Positions 26,306-39,335 of a stretch of DNA of 64,000 nucleotides are shown piece by piece. The DNA lies in NCBI GenBank assembly GCA_951406725.2, contig OX597824.1, forward strand, positions 86,986,001-87,050,000, in the 5' to 3' direction. A program made the translations under genes and the position numbers. The first letter of the stretch is position 1. Each line of letters begins with the position of its first letter. This stretch comes from Octopus vulgaris (taxonomy: Eukaryota). The notes beneath the pieces are model-generated. The model saw only the letters and a program-made list of their open reading frames with translations. It was not told where the DNA came from and ran no database searches.

Positions 26306-27740
26306 ATAAAACTTCATAAATATATATATTCTTCTTTTTACTTGCTTCAGTCATTTTGACTGTGGCTATGCTGGAGCACTGCCTTTTAGTCAAAGAAATC
26401 GACCTCTGGACTTATTCTTTGTAAGCCTGGCACTTATTCTTTTAGTCTCTTTAGCTGAACTGCGAAGTTAAAGGGATGTAAACACACTAACATCGGTTGT
26501 CAAGTGATGGTGAGGAGACACACAAATACACACACACACACACACACATATATATGTGTGAGCAAAAGTGTATGTATGCCACTATATGTATATATAAATA
26601 TAAAAAATGGAACAAAAACATCCAGACAGATAGACTATACAAAGGAGGACAGGAAACAAAGGATGGGTCATTCATGGCCTTCTTTTGTCAGTCCATCTAC
26701 CAAATCAACTCACAAGGCTTTGGATAGTTACACTTGACTGTAAGGACATCTGGCCCTTGATGGGCCACGAATGACTCATCCTTTTTCCTGTCCCTCTAAT
26801 TGTTGTATTCTTGTGTAGTTAGTGATAAGAAGCGATGCCAACAGTAAAACCGTTTGTTTCAAATCATTTATAGTTGTAGTTATAGCTCTGCCCCTTACTG
26901 ACTTTGGAAATATATATACACACATAATATTTTATAACTATGAGTATAGTTATAATTAGGGTTCAGCAAAAACTTGATTCACCACATACCGAACTTTAGA
27001 AATAGCAGCCAAAGAACCGTAGCTATTTCTTCTACTATAAGAAACTCCAGGACAACAAATACTCAAAACAACCCACGTAGACAGAGAGGACGAAATTCAC
27101 TCGGTATTTATATATATATATACACACACGATGGGCTTCTCTCAGTTTCCATCTACCAAATCAACTCACAAGGCTTTGGTTGGCCTGAAGCTGTAGTAGA
27201 AGACACTTGCCCAAAGTGTCATGCAGTGGGACTGAACCTCAAACCATGTGATAAGGAAGCAAGCTTCTCATCACATACACATTTAACCCTTTCGTTGCCA
27301 ACCTGGCTGAAACTGGCTCTGGCTTTGTAGTTCAAATGTCTTATTTCATAAGTTTTGAATTAAAATCTTCCACCAAACCTTAGTCACAATTTATGTTCCT
27401 AACACTAGTTTAATGATAACTAAGTTATTTTACTAAATTCTTTGTAATATTTAAAATTAATTGAAAGAAACACAGAGCATCTCAACATCATGGCTATAAT
27501 TAATATCTTATAATTACTTAATTAACTTTTTTTAATGAAGACCTTTAATGCCTGTCTATGTTTTTTATATTTCAATAGTGATTCATAGAAATGTAATAAT
27601 GTTTAGTTCTTTCACCAGCCTGGCTCTGCTCTACTTACTGTCAACAGCCACTGCTTTGTTCAACTTGTTTTCTTGTTCAGTATGACTCCACTTCCACACT
27701 TAAACTATAGAATAAAACAGTCTCCTCATCACATACACAT

Positions 27741-28488
27741 TTAACCCTTTCGTTGCCAACCTGGCTGAAACCACCTCTGGCTTTGTAGTACAAATGTCTT
27801 GTTTTCATAAGTTTTGAATAAAAATCTTCCACCAAACCTTAGTCACAATTTATGTTCCTAAGACTAGCTGAATGATAACTAAGTTATTTTACTAAATTCT
27901 TTGTTATATTTAAAATTGATTGAAAGAAACACAGAGTATCTCAAATGGCTGAAACCACCTCTGGTTCTGTAGTACAAATGCCTTGTTTTCAGAAGTTTGG
28001 AATTAAAATCTTCCACCAAACCCTAGTCACAATTTATGTTCCTTTTACTAAATTCTTTTTAAACATCTAACAACTTTTGTCTTCTTGTAAAGATTTTGGT
28101 ATTGTACATGCATTTGATAATCTTTATCTTCTTCTGGTTCTGAGGTACAAATGTCTTGTTTTCATAAGTTTTGAATTAAAATCTTCCACCAAAGCTTAGT
28201 CATAATTTATGTTCCTAACACTAGCTTAATGATAACTAAGTTATTTTACTAAATTCTTTGTTATATTTAAAGTAATTGAAAGAAACACAGAGCATCTCAA
28301 ATGGCAGTACAAATATCTTGTTTTCATAAGTTTTGAATTAAAATCTTTCACCAAACCTTAGTCACAATTTATGTTCCTAACACTAGTTTAATGATAACTA
28401 AGTTATTTTACTAAATTCTTTGTTATATTTAAAGTAACTGAAAGAAACACAGAGCATCTCAAAATAAATGCAGTAACGAAAGGGTTAA
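27741..28488 (+). mobile_element. Same MITE with about 4 tandem internal units (one disrupted)
   Basis: TTAACCCTTTCGTT...AACGAAAGGGTTAA enclosing repeated units; partial duplicate at 27283-27485. Confidence 0.8.
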
Positions 28489-29071
28489 ATTTGTAGGAAT
28501 TAAATAAGGGAATATTAGCATCTTTTAGTAGCATCATTTATTTACGTGTTCTTCATACCTTTTTTTTCTTCTTTCACCTACGAAGTGTTTCTAACATGTC
28601 CTTAATCTGGCTGGCTTCTCAGTTGATAATTATAAACTATAGTATGTTTTAAACTCTATCTTATCTTTCTACATCCAATTACATTCTTGCAAAACAAATT
28701 TATCTTATCCTGTTCTGCGTCCTATTCTATTTTAGTGACATGAAATAACAGCCCAGATGTAATCTATGAATAATCTCCTAAGACAGCAACTGGAGCATCA
28801 ACAAGGCCAAACTTTTGATTTGACTTCCTCTTAATGTGCATATGTGTGTGTGTGTGCATGTGTGTGAGTGTGCGTAGGCTTGATAAGTTCCATGCATGAG
28901 ACTCTTAAGCCTTGAGTCACTTTTGTAACTTTCTACTGATTAATATATATCTATGTATGTATATATATGTGTGTGTGTTGTGTGTTTATGAAATGGCACT
29001 ATATATATATATGAAGTAATATAGAATAAATGAGAAAACTGAGCAGAGTTTATTTAAACGCAGTATTTTAT

Positions 29072-29456
29072 ACTCTTTTACTCTTTTATTTGTTTCAGTC
29101 GTTTGACTGTGGCCATGCTGGAGCACCGCCTTTAGTCGAGTAAATCGACCCCAGGACTTAATTCTTTGTTAGCCTAGTACTTATTCTATCGGTCTCTTTT
29201 GCTGAACCACTAAGTTACGGGGACGTAAACACACCAGCATTGGTTGTCAAGCAATGTTGGGGGGACAAACACAGACACACACGTATATATATACGACGGG
29301 CTTCTTTCAGTTTCTGTTTACCAAATCCACTCACAAGGCTTTGGTCGGCCCGAGGCTATAGTAGAAGACACTTGCCCAAGGTGCCACGCAATGGGACTGA
29401 ACCCGGAACTATGTGGCTGGTAAGCAAGCTACTTACCACACAGCCATTCCTACACC
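29072..29456 (-). mobile_element. SINE family A, full length
   Basis: Matches 279-656. Confidence 0.9.
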
Positions 29457-30274
29457 TATAGTATTTTATATTCACTATTTATTCACTACTTTTCACCAGA
29501 ACATGTCGAGGTTTATTACAGTTTTCAAGACATGAATTATCTGAAAGATAGCTTTCCGATGAAAACGATGCCAATTCTATCACAGGTTTTATATCTACAG
29601 GAATTAAAAACACAGCCGCAAGGTAATATTTGCATACTTGCCAGATGTGTGCCCTCTGCAGCTCACAGTCACTTGCAGCTGGTTAAAATGGGCCAATTTA
29701 ACAGTTAATTATTGTTACGGATATAGCACATTGAACTCACAACGTAACGGCAGCTGAAATACCTATTTCTTTACTCAGCTGGAAGGTCAACAGCATGCTA
29801 TGACTTCAGGCCGTTGCTGCTTTTTTAAAAATTTTTATATCAAAACACTGATCTAATTTCTAGATTCTAGATTCTGAAAAATGCAGTGTGGAAGGGCAAG
29901 ATGCAAATGTGTCATCTGATACCTATTTCTTTACTACCCGCAAGGGGTTAAACACAGAGGGGACAAACAAGGACAGACAAAGGGATTAAGTCGATTACAT
30001 CGACCCCAGTGCGTAAATTGGTACTTATTTAATCGACCCCGAAAGGATGAAAGGCTAAGTCAACCTCGGCGGAATTTGAACACACAACGTAATGGCAGCT
30101 GAAATACCGCTAAGCATTTTGCCCAACGTGCTAACGATTCTGCCAGCTCGCCGCTGATACCAATTGTTGGGTACCTTATATTAGATGATGATGATCATCG
30201 TTATCATCACCACTACCAGCATCATCTTTATTTAAGCATCCATTTTTCCATGCTTGCATGGATTGGACGGAATT

Positions 30275-30792
30275 TGTCGGCCCGAGGCTATAGTAGAAGA
30301 CACTTGCCCAAGGTGCCACGCAGTGGGACTGAACCCGGAACCATGTTGTTGGTAAGCAAGCTACTTACCACACAGTCACTCCTGCACCTAACTACTTTTT
30401 GTTTGTTATTTTTTCTCTTTTCTCTTTTCAGTCATTTGACTGCGACCATGCTGGAGCACCGCCTTTAATCGAGCAACTTGACCCCGGGACTTATTCTTTT
30501 GTAAGCCCAGTACTTATTCTATCAGTCTCTTTTGCCAAACTGCTAAGTAATGGGGACACAAACACACCAGCATCGGTTGTCAAGCGATGTTGGGAGGACA
30601 AACACAGACACACAAACACACATATATACGACGGGCTTCTTTCAGTTTCCGTTTACCAAATCCACTCACAAGGCTTTGGTCGGCCCGAGGCTATAGTAGA
30701 AGACACTTGCCCAAGGTGCCATGCAGTGGGACTGAACCCGGAACCATGTGGTTGGTAGACAAGCTATTTACCACACAGCCATTCCTGCGCCT
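30275..30792 (-). mobile_element. SINE family A: head fragment (30275-30388) plus full copy (30420-30792)
   Basis: Matches 279-656. Confidence 0.88.
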
Positions 30793-30981
30793 GTGCGCAT
30801 TTTCATAAAATGTGCTCAGCAGTCTATGCTATGCAAGCGCAAACCCCAGCGCTTTATGAGTTAACTATGTATGTGAAACGAAGTGGTTACGAATAAGAAT
30901 AAAAAGAAAATTGCCGACAACGTTCAACGCAAAATTCTTCATTGTAAATTCGGATAATAGCAAGGGGGAGAACTCTGTACG

Positions 30982-31021
30982 TTAGATGCTGACAAAACGG
31001 TTTGTTTCCCTCAGATATTGT
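30982..31021 (-). CDS. Candidate alternative terminal exon, phase 2: (R)QYLRETNRFVSI*
   Basis: Acceptor gttttgtttattttttaag|. Phase-2 frame ends at TAA 30984-30982; phase-0 frame (TISEGNKPFCQHL) is also open. Confidence 0.4.
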
Positions 31022-31526
31022 CTTAAAAAATAAACAAAACAGTTTTAAATGATGTCTATAATAAAGACTATGGAAATAACAAAATATACAAATGAATGAT
31101 AAAGTTCGGCCCAGAATGATATATTTAGACATAGCTTCTTATCCGAGCTAAAACAATAACAAGCATCTATGTTAGACACAGACTTTTTGTCTGAAAGGAG
31201 AATTTGAAGATGTCACTAATTTTAAACCAGACCGTAACACTACAGTAGTAATTTATTTAATAACACTGTAATTAAGTACAGGGAATACTATTTATTGACT
31301 TTGTTAAGTAGATGTACAAAATTGATTGAGGTAGCTAATGATTTAGGGCCACACTGCTAAAACTAAAAAAAAAAAAAATATATATAATTATTTAACAAAC
31401 CAGAACACCATATATTACACCAAGCAGAGGGAATAAAATTGACCAAGAGAATTAAAAGGAATTGGTCAGATTAACAGAATCGAACTTCAAGATTTATGTT
31501 AGAAAATTTCAACAAAAACAAGTTAT

Positions 31527-31900
31527 AACGAGCACTCAGAGAGTGCAAACCTCCGTTAAGGGAACACCAACGTCTTCTCGACGATTAGCCAGAGTGGATT
31601 TTTAAAATGAGAATATCTGAAATAAACTCGATTGCTCCCACAAGTGAGAATACTAAAAATGAACTTGACTGCTCTCAAAAATTAAGTTAAAAAAAAAGAA
31701 AAACGGAAAAATAATCCAGAATTCTTGTCCGATACTGAATCGATCTCAAAATCAAATCAATTCATGCCAGTCACAAGACCAAACATCCCTGAAAGTTTCA
31801 TCCAAATCCATCCAGCGGTTCTTGAGATATCTTGTCCAAGGACAAACAAACAAACACAACTGAAAACAATATCTCCGCCTTCGCTAAGGTGGAGGTAATA
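31527..31900. mobile_element. Helentron/HINE-like non-autonomous element; copies at about 23527-23855 and 59528-59890
   Basis: Terminal hairpin A(T/C)CTCCGCCTT[cgct]AAGG(T/C)GGAGGT and a subterminal acctccg repeat; three homologous copies. Confidence 0.6.
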
Positions 31901-32849
31901 ATTCTCTCTATTATAGGGACAAGGTCTGAAATTTTGGGACAGGGCAGACCCCTGTTCTCAAATGGTACTAGTTTCATTGAAATCCAAAAGGATATGTGCT
32001 AATGATTCTGCTATTCACCACCTTAAAATAATCGCAACAGAGTTTCTGATAAAAGACTGCAGGTTGCCAATGCCTGAGTCCTTGTCATGGAACAACAATT
32101 GATAATTTAGTTATTATTTAATTAAATTTTTGTATAAAATGGAAAAAATAAAAATGCTTTTAGAAACTAAATATCAGTAGAGATAAAAAAAAAAAAGAAA
32201 AATTACTATATCACCAGTTAACAAACAGGATTATTTGTGTTGGATTTGTCATTTTTTTTTATTCTTCTTCTTCTTAAAATCAGCAATCTTTTGGTTTGTG
32301 ATCAGAAAATGAAACTGGAAATATCAAAGTATCTGATAATGCTCAAAATGGAGAAGTTTCCTGTTTCTCCACCCAAAATTTCTTCAGATTCTTGTCTTGA
32401 ACAATGGAGATATGTTTGGGTGGGAGGGAGGAATTACCCCTCTTGTCCCCCACTGCCACCAGTTTTTGATTTAAATTATTTTTTCTCAATTTTTTTCTTT
32501 TTTTTTTTTACTGCTTGTTTAAAATATGGTTATTACAATATCAATTACTTATATTAATTCTCCACTTTCAATTTTTTACCATAAACCAAAAGACAGCTTT
32601 AAAATCAAACAATCAAACGTAAAGGTAATTCTTGGTGACATATCAGCTCCCAGTCCTTGGCATTAATTTAAGCATAGTTAACATAGACCAAACTAGGAAT
32701 TACCCACATGAAACACTATTAATCAACAAGGTGTTAAAAAAAAAAAAAATTCCTTGCTTATAATTTATCAATTCAAACAGGTATACATTTACCAATAGAA
32801 AATGACGCAGTAAAATGAAGTAAAGATGATAGGGACAACAGACTGTTAC

Positions 32850-32891
32850 CTTAAACCAGAACGAGGTAACAGGTGAGTTTTAACAGGTGAG
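32850..32891 (-). CDS. Microexon candidate, 42 nt, phase 2 to 2: (S)SPVKTHLLPRSGL(R)
   Basis: Strong acceptor (T)n-aaacag| and donor TAAG|gtaaca. Only the phase-2 frame is open. Confidence 0.55.
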
Positions 32892-33554
32892 CTGTTTAAA
32901 AAAAAAAAATCCTTGAAGATTTTTCTAAATCCCATTTTAAAGCAAGTAAGTGCTCTGGATAATCTAGTGTAGTCACATTTAAAATATGTTTATATTGACA
33001 AGCCTGAGGCTTTGAATGAATCAGGGACAACAAGGTGAAAAGTGATGCACATTTTAAAACAATGATAATGACAATATTGATGATTTAAGTGTTTTTTCCT
33101 GTGGTCTGTGATTCCTGGGTGAAGAGAAGCTAGAAGATCAGGCAAATATGTTGAAGATGAATTTAAAGAAAGAAAAAAAAATAAAGAAGAAAAATAGCAG
33201 TAAACAAAAAAAAGTAAACATAAAAAAACAGCAAATCAGTGGCAGACAACATCAGTCTAACGAACATTTATATAAATCTGTCTGTTAATGTGTGATAGGA
33301 GACAGAGAATGCATTTGTGTATGCAAACACAGAGGCCCGTGACGGTGTGTGTACATGCAGTGAAGAGTGGATATGCGGAAACAAAACACAAACTAAATAA
33401 AACTAATATCATGTACAAAGCATGCAAATCAGACAGAACTCAAAAACAATAAAGTCTTTTCAATACGCAAAAATGATCTTTCATAATAAATACGTAAATT
33501 ATATTTTAATTTACCTGCTTATCGTTTATTTACATATGCTTGTACAGCTTGGAA

Positions 33555-33586
33555 TCTCTCTCTATATATATAAATGGCAAAATGTC

Positions 33587-33632
<46 letters not shown>

Positions 33633-33962
33633 CATGTCCTTTATACAAATCCACAATTTTTTAGTTAGAGGGCTTGCACTTTCTATGGTCATCCAAAACC
33701 ATCCAAGGGTGGTCGTGCACATCTTTACATTTCCCCAGTCACCCTACAAAGCCATTAAAAAATCAATAGACGTGACATTTTTGTGAATTTTCTATCCAAA
33801 ACCCAATCAAAATGCCCAAAACTTGATATGCCAATTGAATGCCGGCTAGCTGTATGTGATTGGTCGGAGATTTGGACAATACTCGCGTGTATGTGCACAC
33901 GCATGCTGCTGTATATGCATGCACTAGCACTATGACCCGGCCACGTTGGGTCATAGTACTAG
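33555..33962 (+). mobile_element. Non-autonomous Helitron
   Basis: A|TC...ACTATGACCC[ggccacgtt]GGGTCATAGT-ACTAG|T. Confidence 0.75.
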
Positions 33963-35035
33963 TATAGAAAATAAGAAAAACCCAACATGACTTTTTAGCT
34001 AATTCTTCAGGATTCAGAGTATTTTGTCAATGTAATGATGCATTATCGCATAGCTTTGAGATTTTTGATGATGTGATAGCATACTTTTCTTGTTTTGTCT
34101 TGAGACAGCATTCACCCGGGGTGGGTTGAGCTGACTTCATTCATCCTCAATGCTGCATCTCTCACAAACACCGACCAGGCCTGGCGATTTGAGGCTAACG
34201 ACCGCGTGATCTCCAACCACTCCTTATTCCAGCAGTGAACGCCGTAGATATAGGGGCCTAGGTTGGGTTCCAGATCAGCCTTGACTATCGTCAGCCAGGT
34301 TTTTCGTTGTCCACCATATTGCTTTCGCCAGCCGTGAAGGGGAGCTGGGGCAATTGCTTCGTTGATGAATTCTGGTTGACAATGACATTGTAAGGTAGGT
34401 GTGAGAGGCCAGATCTAGCCAGTCTGAACATAAAATGGGTAGAATATTTGAGCCAGATATGGCCGATTTAAGTGCTGAAGGCTGTAAGTTCAAGCCTTGC
34501 TCAGTGCTCTACTTCATATGAAAGATTGGGATCAATCTGGGACCAGTCAATATGATATTGATGTCCAGCTAATGGCAGAGTGGCAGAAATAACAGATATA
34601 CAATATTACAACACCACCGTTGACATAGCTTTCATTCTAGCAGGAGTTGATAAAATTTGCCATGTAACTGATGCAAGTAAAATGGAAAATAACCATCATT
34701 GTATTTTTCTCTACCTATTTTGTGAGATTCTGATACAAAACTGTACACTGAAACCAGAACTGCAGCATTTTGGGAGGGTAATTCTGCTAACAAAAACACA
34801 AGCACTGACTGCAGTTCACTTCTTTATTCGCGAATAAATAAGTATTATGTGTGTGTGTGTGTGTGTGTGTGAGTAAAATTACCAAATTTATTTCAATCCT
34901 TTTTACTGAACACATTTTGCTTCATCAACAAAGCCTAATTTCTTTCAAGTTATTTAAGAACAAATCTCACGACGGGCAGGTAATTCAAAAGACACTAGTT
35001 TACGTATTTAAAATGAAAATACCTTTCAGTAATTG

Positions 35036-35068
<33 letters not shown>

Positions 35069-35399
35069 GAAAAACAAAAGCATTGAAAATGGCAAAATAA
35101 ACTAAATAATAACAAGCAGGGATTCGGTTTTAGGTGCAAACAAAATTCTTGGAAAGTACAGGTAAGTAGTACGGCATGCTGGATAATGGAACAAAATATC
35201 ACAGTGTCCAGTTGACAATGGCCACACAGAAACCTATGATGAACCTTATTTGAGAACCTTCTTCGCATTAGCTTTAAAGATTGTGCTAATATTAATAATA
35301 ATAATAATTCTATGTGTGAAATTTTAGATGGATGAAAAAAAAACAAAAAAAAACAACCAAGTCCATAGATAAAAACATATCTTTCTCTCTCTTTTTAAA

Positions 35400-35433
35400 C
35401 ACACACACATTCATATTATATATATACACACAA

Positions 35434-35480
<47 letters not shown>

Positions 35481-35522
35481 ATTTATATTATATACCCACA
35501 CACAAACATACATGTATATGTG

Positions 35523-35566
<44 letters not shown>

Positions 35567-35730
35567 ATTTATATTATATATATATACACACAAACATACA
35601 TATATATGTGTGTGTATATATATATATATGTATATATATATAATTTATATTATATATATATACACACAAACATACATGTATATGTGTGTGTATGTATATA
35701 TATATGTGTGTGTGCATGTATGCACACATT
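35400..35730. repeat. Compound (TA)n/(CA)n tract with three internal repeats
   Basis: taatttatattatatat...cacacaaacataca repeated three times. Confidence 0.85.
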
Positions 35731-36463
35731 TAGACATATAGGACATAGTAAATATATACACTCATTCATATGCATGTGAAAATGAGAATTAAGGAGTTCC
35801 AAATTATATTTGTTGTATAAACTTAATTTTCACCCAGCTTCTGTAAAAGGATTTATCAAAAAAAAAAAATTAAATAAAATAAAAAAAAAACACCATCTGG
35901 ATAAAATTTAGAAATCATTGGTTTTTTGAGAGAAATGTTTTGAACGTAAGTTTACTATAAAAAAAAAATGAATAAATAAATTTAAAAATAACCCCAAATT
36001 TAGAAACTCTATATTTGAACCTTTTTATGAAAAGACTGATGTAGGAATAAATGTAAAGAGAAAAAAAAAAAAAAAAAAGAGAGAACAAGAAGTGATTAAG
36101 AGAAAAGTTTTTAGGCAATTGGATCTGTATTCACTGCAAGAATATTAATAAGAAGACAAAAAAAAAACAAAAAAAAAAAACTCAAAAAGACATTGAAAAC
36201 AAAAGAAAAAGAGAATCTGACAGTTTTTCCTTGTATGGATTCAGTTTTTCCTTGGTCCGAAAGACAGCATAAGCGATGGAAGTTAGATACAAGAAAAAAT
36301 AGGGAGTCATCATCGTTCGGATAAAACTCAACACACAGATGCTTCATTAATTGATGCGTTCATCACAACAACGAGATTATTTCAACAATCAATTTTATTA
36401 CAGGAGATAATTATGGTAATGTCAACGAAAGTGGGGGAAAAAGAGTTCCATGCAAGATAATAC

Positions 36464-36484
36464 CTGATGGCAGGTGCCGGGTCA
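36464..36484 (-). CDS. Microexon candidate, 21 nt, phase 2 to 2: (I)DPAPAI(S/R)
   Basis: aatttctgag|TGACCCGGCACCTGCCATCAG|gtatta; TGCATG just downstream of the donor. Acceptor is a weak GAG. Confidence 0.35.
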
Positions 36485-36668
36485 CTCAGAAATTATGTGT
36501 GTACTTTAGATAAACTAGGGAATAAGAAAAAAAATCTGCTGCTTTCAACTGCACACAAAATGAAGGATCACAAAATAAGAAATTTCAATAATTCATCATT
36601 TTTTTTTTCTTGTTGTTGTGCTTCTTGTTGTTCTTCTTCTCTCTGCTAAAGTAAGACAAATAACGCAC

Positions 36669-36703
36669 ATCCTTGGGAAAGGACGTGAAGAGGCATCGGG
36701 TGT
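36669..36703 (-). CDS. Microexon candidate, 35 nt, phase 0 to 2: [11 protein letters not shown]
   Basis: GC-rich island in AT-rich DNA; ttttattggaag| (weak) ... AT|gtgcgt. In frame after 44517. Confidence 0.4.
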
Positions 36704-36745
36704 CTTCCAATAAAATCAAATATTTCAAGCAATCATGGTTCCCTT

Positions 36746-36806
<61 letters not shown>

Positions 36807-36827
36807 ATATATATGTATATATATGTG

Positions 36828-36859
<32 letters not shown>

Positions 36860-36946
36860 ATATATATATATATGTATATATATATATATTTTATATATAT
36901 ATATGTTATATATATATATATTTTATATTGTATATATATATATATG

Positions 36947-36995
<49 letters not shown>

Positions 36996-37306
36996 GTATA
37001 TATATGTATATATATATGTATGTATATATATGTGTATATATATATGTATATATATGTGTATATATATATGTATATATATATGTATATATATATATATATG
37101 TGTATATATATATGTATATATATATATATATATATGTGTATATATATATGTATATATATATATATATATATGTGTATATATATATGTATATATATATATG
37201 TGTATATATATGTGTGTATATATATATATGTGTATATATATATGTGTATATATATATGTGTATATATATGTGTATATATATATATGTGTATATATATATG
37301 TGTATA

Positions 37307-37339
<33 letters not shown>

Positions 37340-37483
37340 GTGTATATATATGTATATATATATATGTGGTTTTTTTTTTTTTATATGATATATATATATG
37401 CATATATATATATATATGATATATATATATATATATATATATATGTGTATATATATATATATATTATTATATATTTGCATGTG

Positions 37484-37524
<41 letters not shown>

Positions 37525-37540
37525 TATATATATATATATC
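36746..37540. repeat. About 0.8-kb compound (TA)n/(TG)n microsatellite
   Basis: Read directly; source of the spurious YI/IY ORFs. Confidence 0.95.
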
Positions 37541-37988
37541 TGAACAAATGTATGTGTGCGTGTATGCTGATGTTTTGCAATTTGAATAACACCAAACAGA
37601 AGGACAGTGACGTTGGACAGTCTCATAAAAATGAAGGACTTTATAGGGTAGATATGCTAGAGTAGAAACAACAGAAATATTGGCTCAACCAGTCGGGAAC
37701 TGCAATGTCCCTGTTCTTCAAACACTAGAATTCACTGCGTATTTCTCTATGGAAGTACTTTTGTTAGTACATAACAGCTCTACCAACATCACTTCAAGGT
37801 TTGTAGTATCATTACTGTGATACCATAGAATTTTTTCATGCATATATATACATACATAAAATCAAAATAAGCAACAGGATATCCTGTTACTCATTTTGAT
37901 TTTATTCACCTTATTTCGAGCTGTGTGGATAATATCGGACTGACTTGGTGCTTCAACTTAAATACCTAATTCAACTGAATCTTAATTA

Positions 37989-38024
<36 letters not shown>

Positions 38025-38665
38025 TTGAGGGAAAACTATTCCTAACTTACAGGGAAAAATTCAATTTAGAAATACTAAATCAAATTTCACAAAATATAAT
38101 ATATATATATATATATGTAAAAATTAGAAAAAACCCCCACCTTTTATCAATTCAAAATGATAAATTAAATTACACCATCTAGAAAATTACATATTATAGA
38201 AATATTAAATATAAAATAACGATAATATCTATACGTTTTATTTATTATTTTGCACATTACTTAATCATCAGTATATTATTGTGATTTTATATATAATATT
38301 TCTATTATATGTAATTTTCTAGATGGTGTAATTTAATTGTTCATTTTGAATTAATAAAAGGTCTTTTTTTCTAATCTCTCTCTCTCTCTCTATATATATA
38401 TAGACTTCATAAATTAAAACTGATTAGAAGATCGGAAATCCACCTGACGAATGTCATTTGAAGACATGAAACGATTGTAGTGGCGGTTTATTTATTTTAT
38501 ATTAAAATTTTTATGTATTGATTAAGTCTTTCCTTGTTTGTTTTGCAAAATAGTGGTTTTGTCTCGAATTAATATTATATAATATTTTACTATAAAATTG
38601 GATTTAATCCTAAATCTGATTTTTTCCCTGTAAATTTGGATTTATTCCCTAATATTTATTATTAT
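38025..38665. repeat. Nested inverted repeats (inner about 38123-38375; outer about 38025-38100 vs 38575-38655) with an adjacent hammerhead
   Basis: aattaaattacaccatctagaaaattacata / tatgtaattttctagatggtgtaatttaatt; ttacagggaaaaa / tttttccctgtaa. Confidence 0.6.
38440..38483 (+). ncRNA. Minimal type-I hammerhead ribozyme motif (Penelope-like element associated)
   Basis: CCAC-CTGACGA-ATGTC[ATTTGAA]GACAT-GAAA-C[GATT]G-TA-GTGG: intact core, stems I, II and III, GUA triplet. Confidence 0.75.
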
Positions 38666-39335
38666 ATATATATATATATATAAATTCAAAGTACAGTTTT
38701 TTGCTATCAGACTACTGAGATGGCATTGAAATGCAAGAAGCAAAGGCAGTTTTATGCTACGGGGACTGGATTATTATTATTATTGTTTTTGTCTTTTGCA
38801 TTTAACTTAAGCCCTTAATATTTCAGGTTAGTTTAAAGACAAAGTATTTGCGAATATTTGTCATTAAAATGGGGAAAGTGAAAAAGGGTTAAATGTGATA
38901 TCTTTAAGAAATAAATTTTGGGAAAAAAAAGAGGTCTTGAGAAAATAGGGAAATGATTAAAGCAGGAAAATCCCTGTAAAATAAAGAATTGGGATATTTA
39001 AATAAATACGAGGGAGGCAGTTAAACAACAAACAAACCCACCTTTCGTCTTTTGGCAAATGATAGTCGAAAATTTATGCCCTAAAATACATGCAAAATTT
39101 CAAACAGATAATTTTATTACGATTATTACTGAGTTTGGTTTAGCTGCATGTGATCTTTTGTTCATAACTCTTAATTGCTCATTAGCTTGAACTAATCAAA
39201 ACTTATACTCAGGCTGAAAAATAAATATCTTTGAGAAAAAAAAAATGAAATGCTTAAAAGTAAATGTTATAAGTACACACTTCCAGAATACATCACAATA
39301 TCTGCAGCAATATGAATGCAGAACTCAAATGTAAA

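Noticed and set aside
35245-35271. 27-nt microexon LMRRRFSNK (phase 0)
   Set aside because: Weak acceptor and donor (gttcat); phase incompatible with the neighbouring phase-2 chain. Not excluded.
36673-37589. Long ORFs of 161-248 aa on both strands
   Set aside because: Translations of (TA/TG)n microsatellite (YIYI...).
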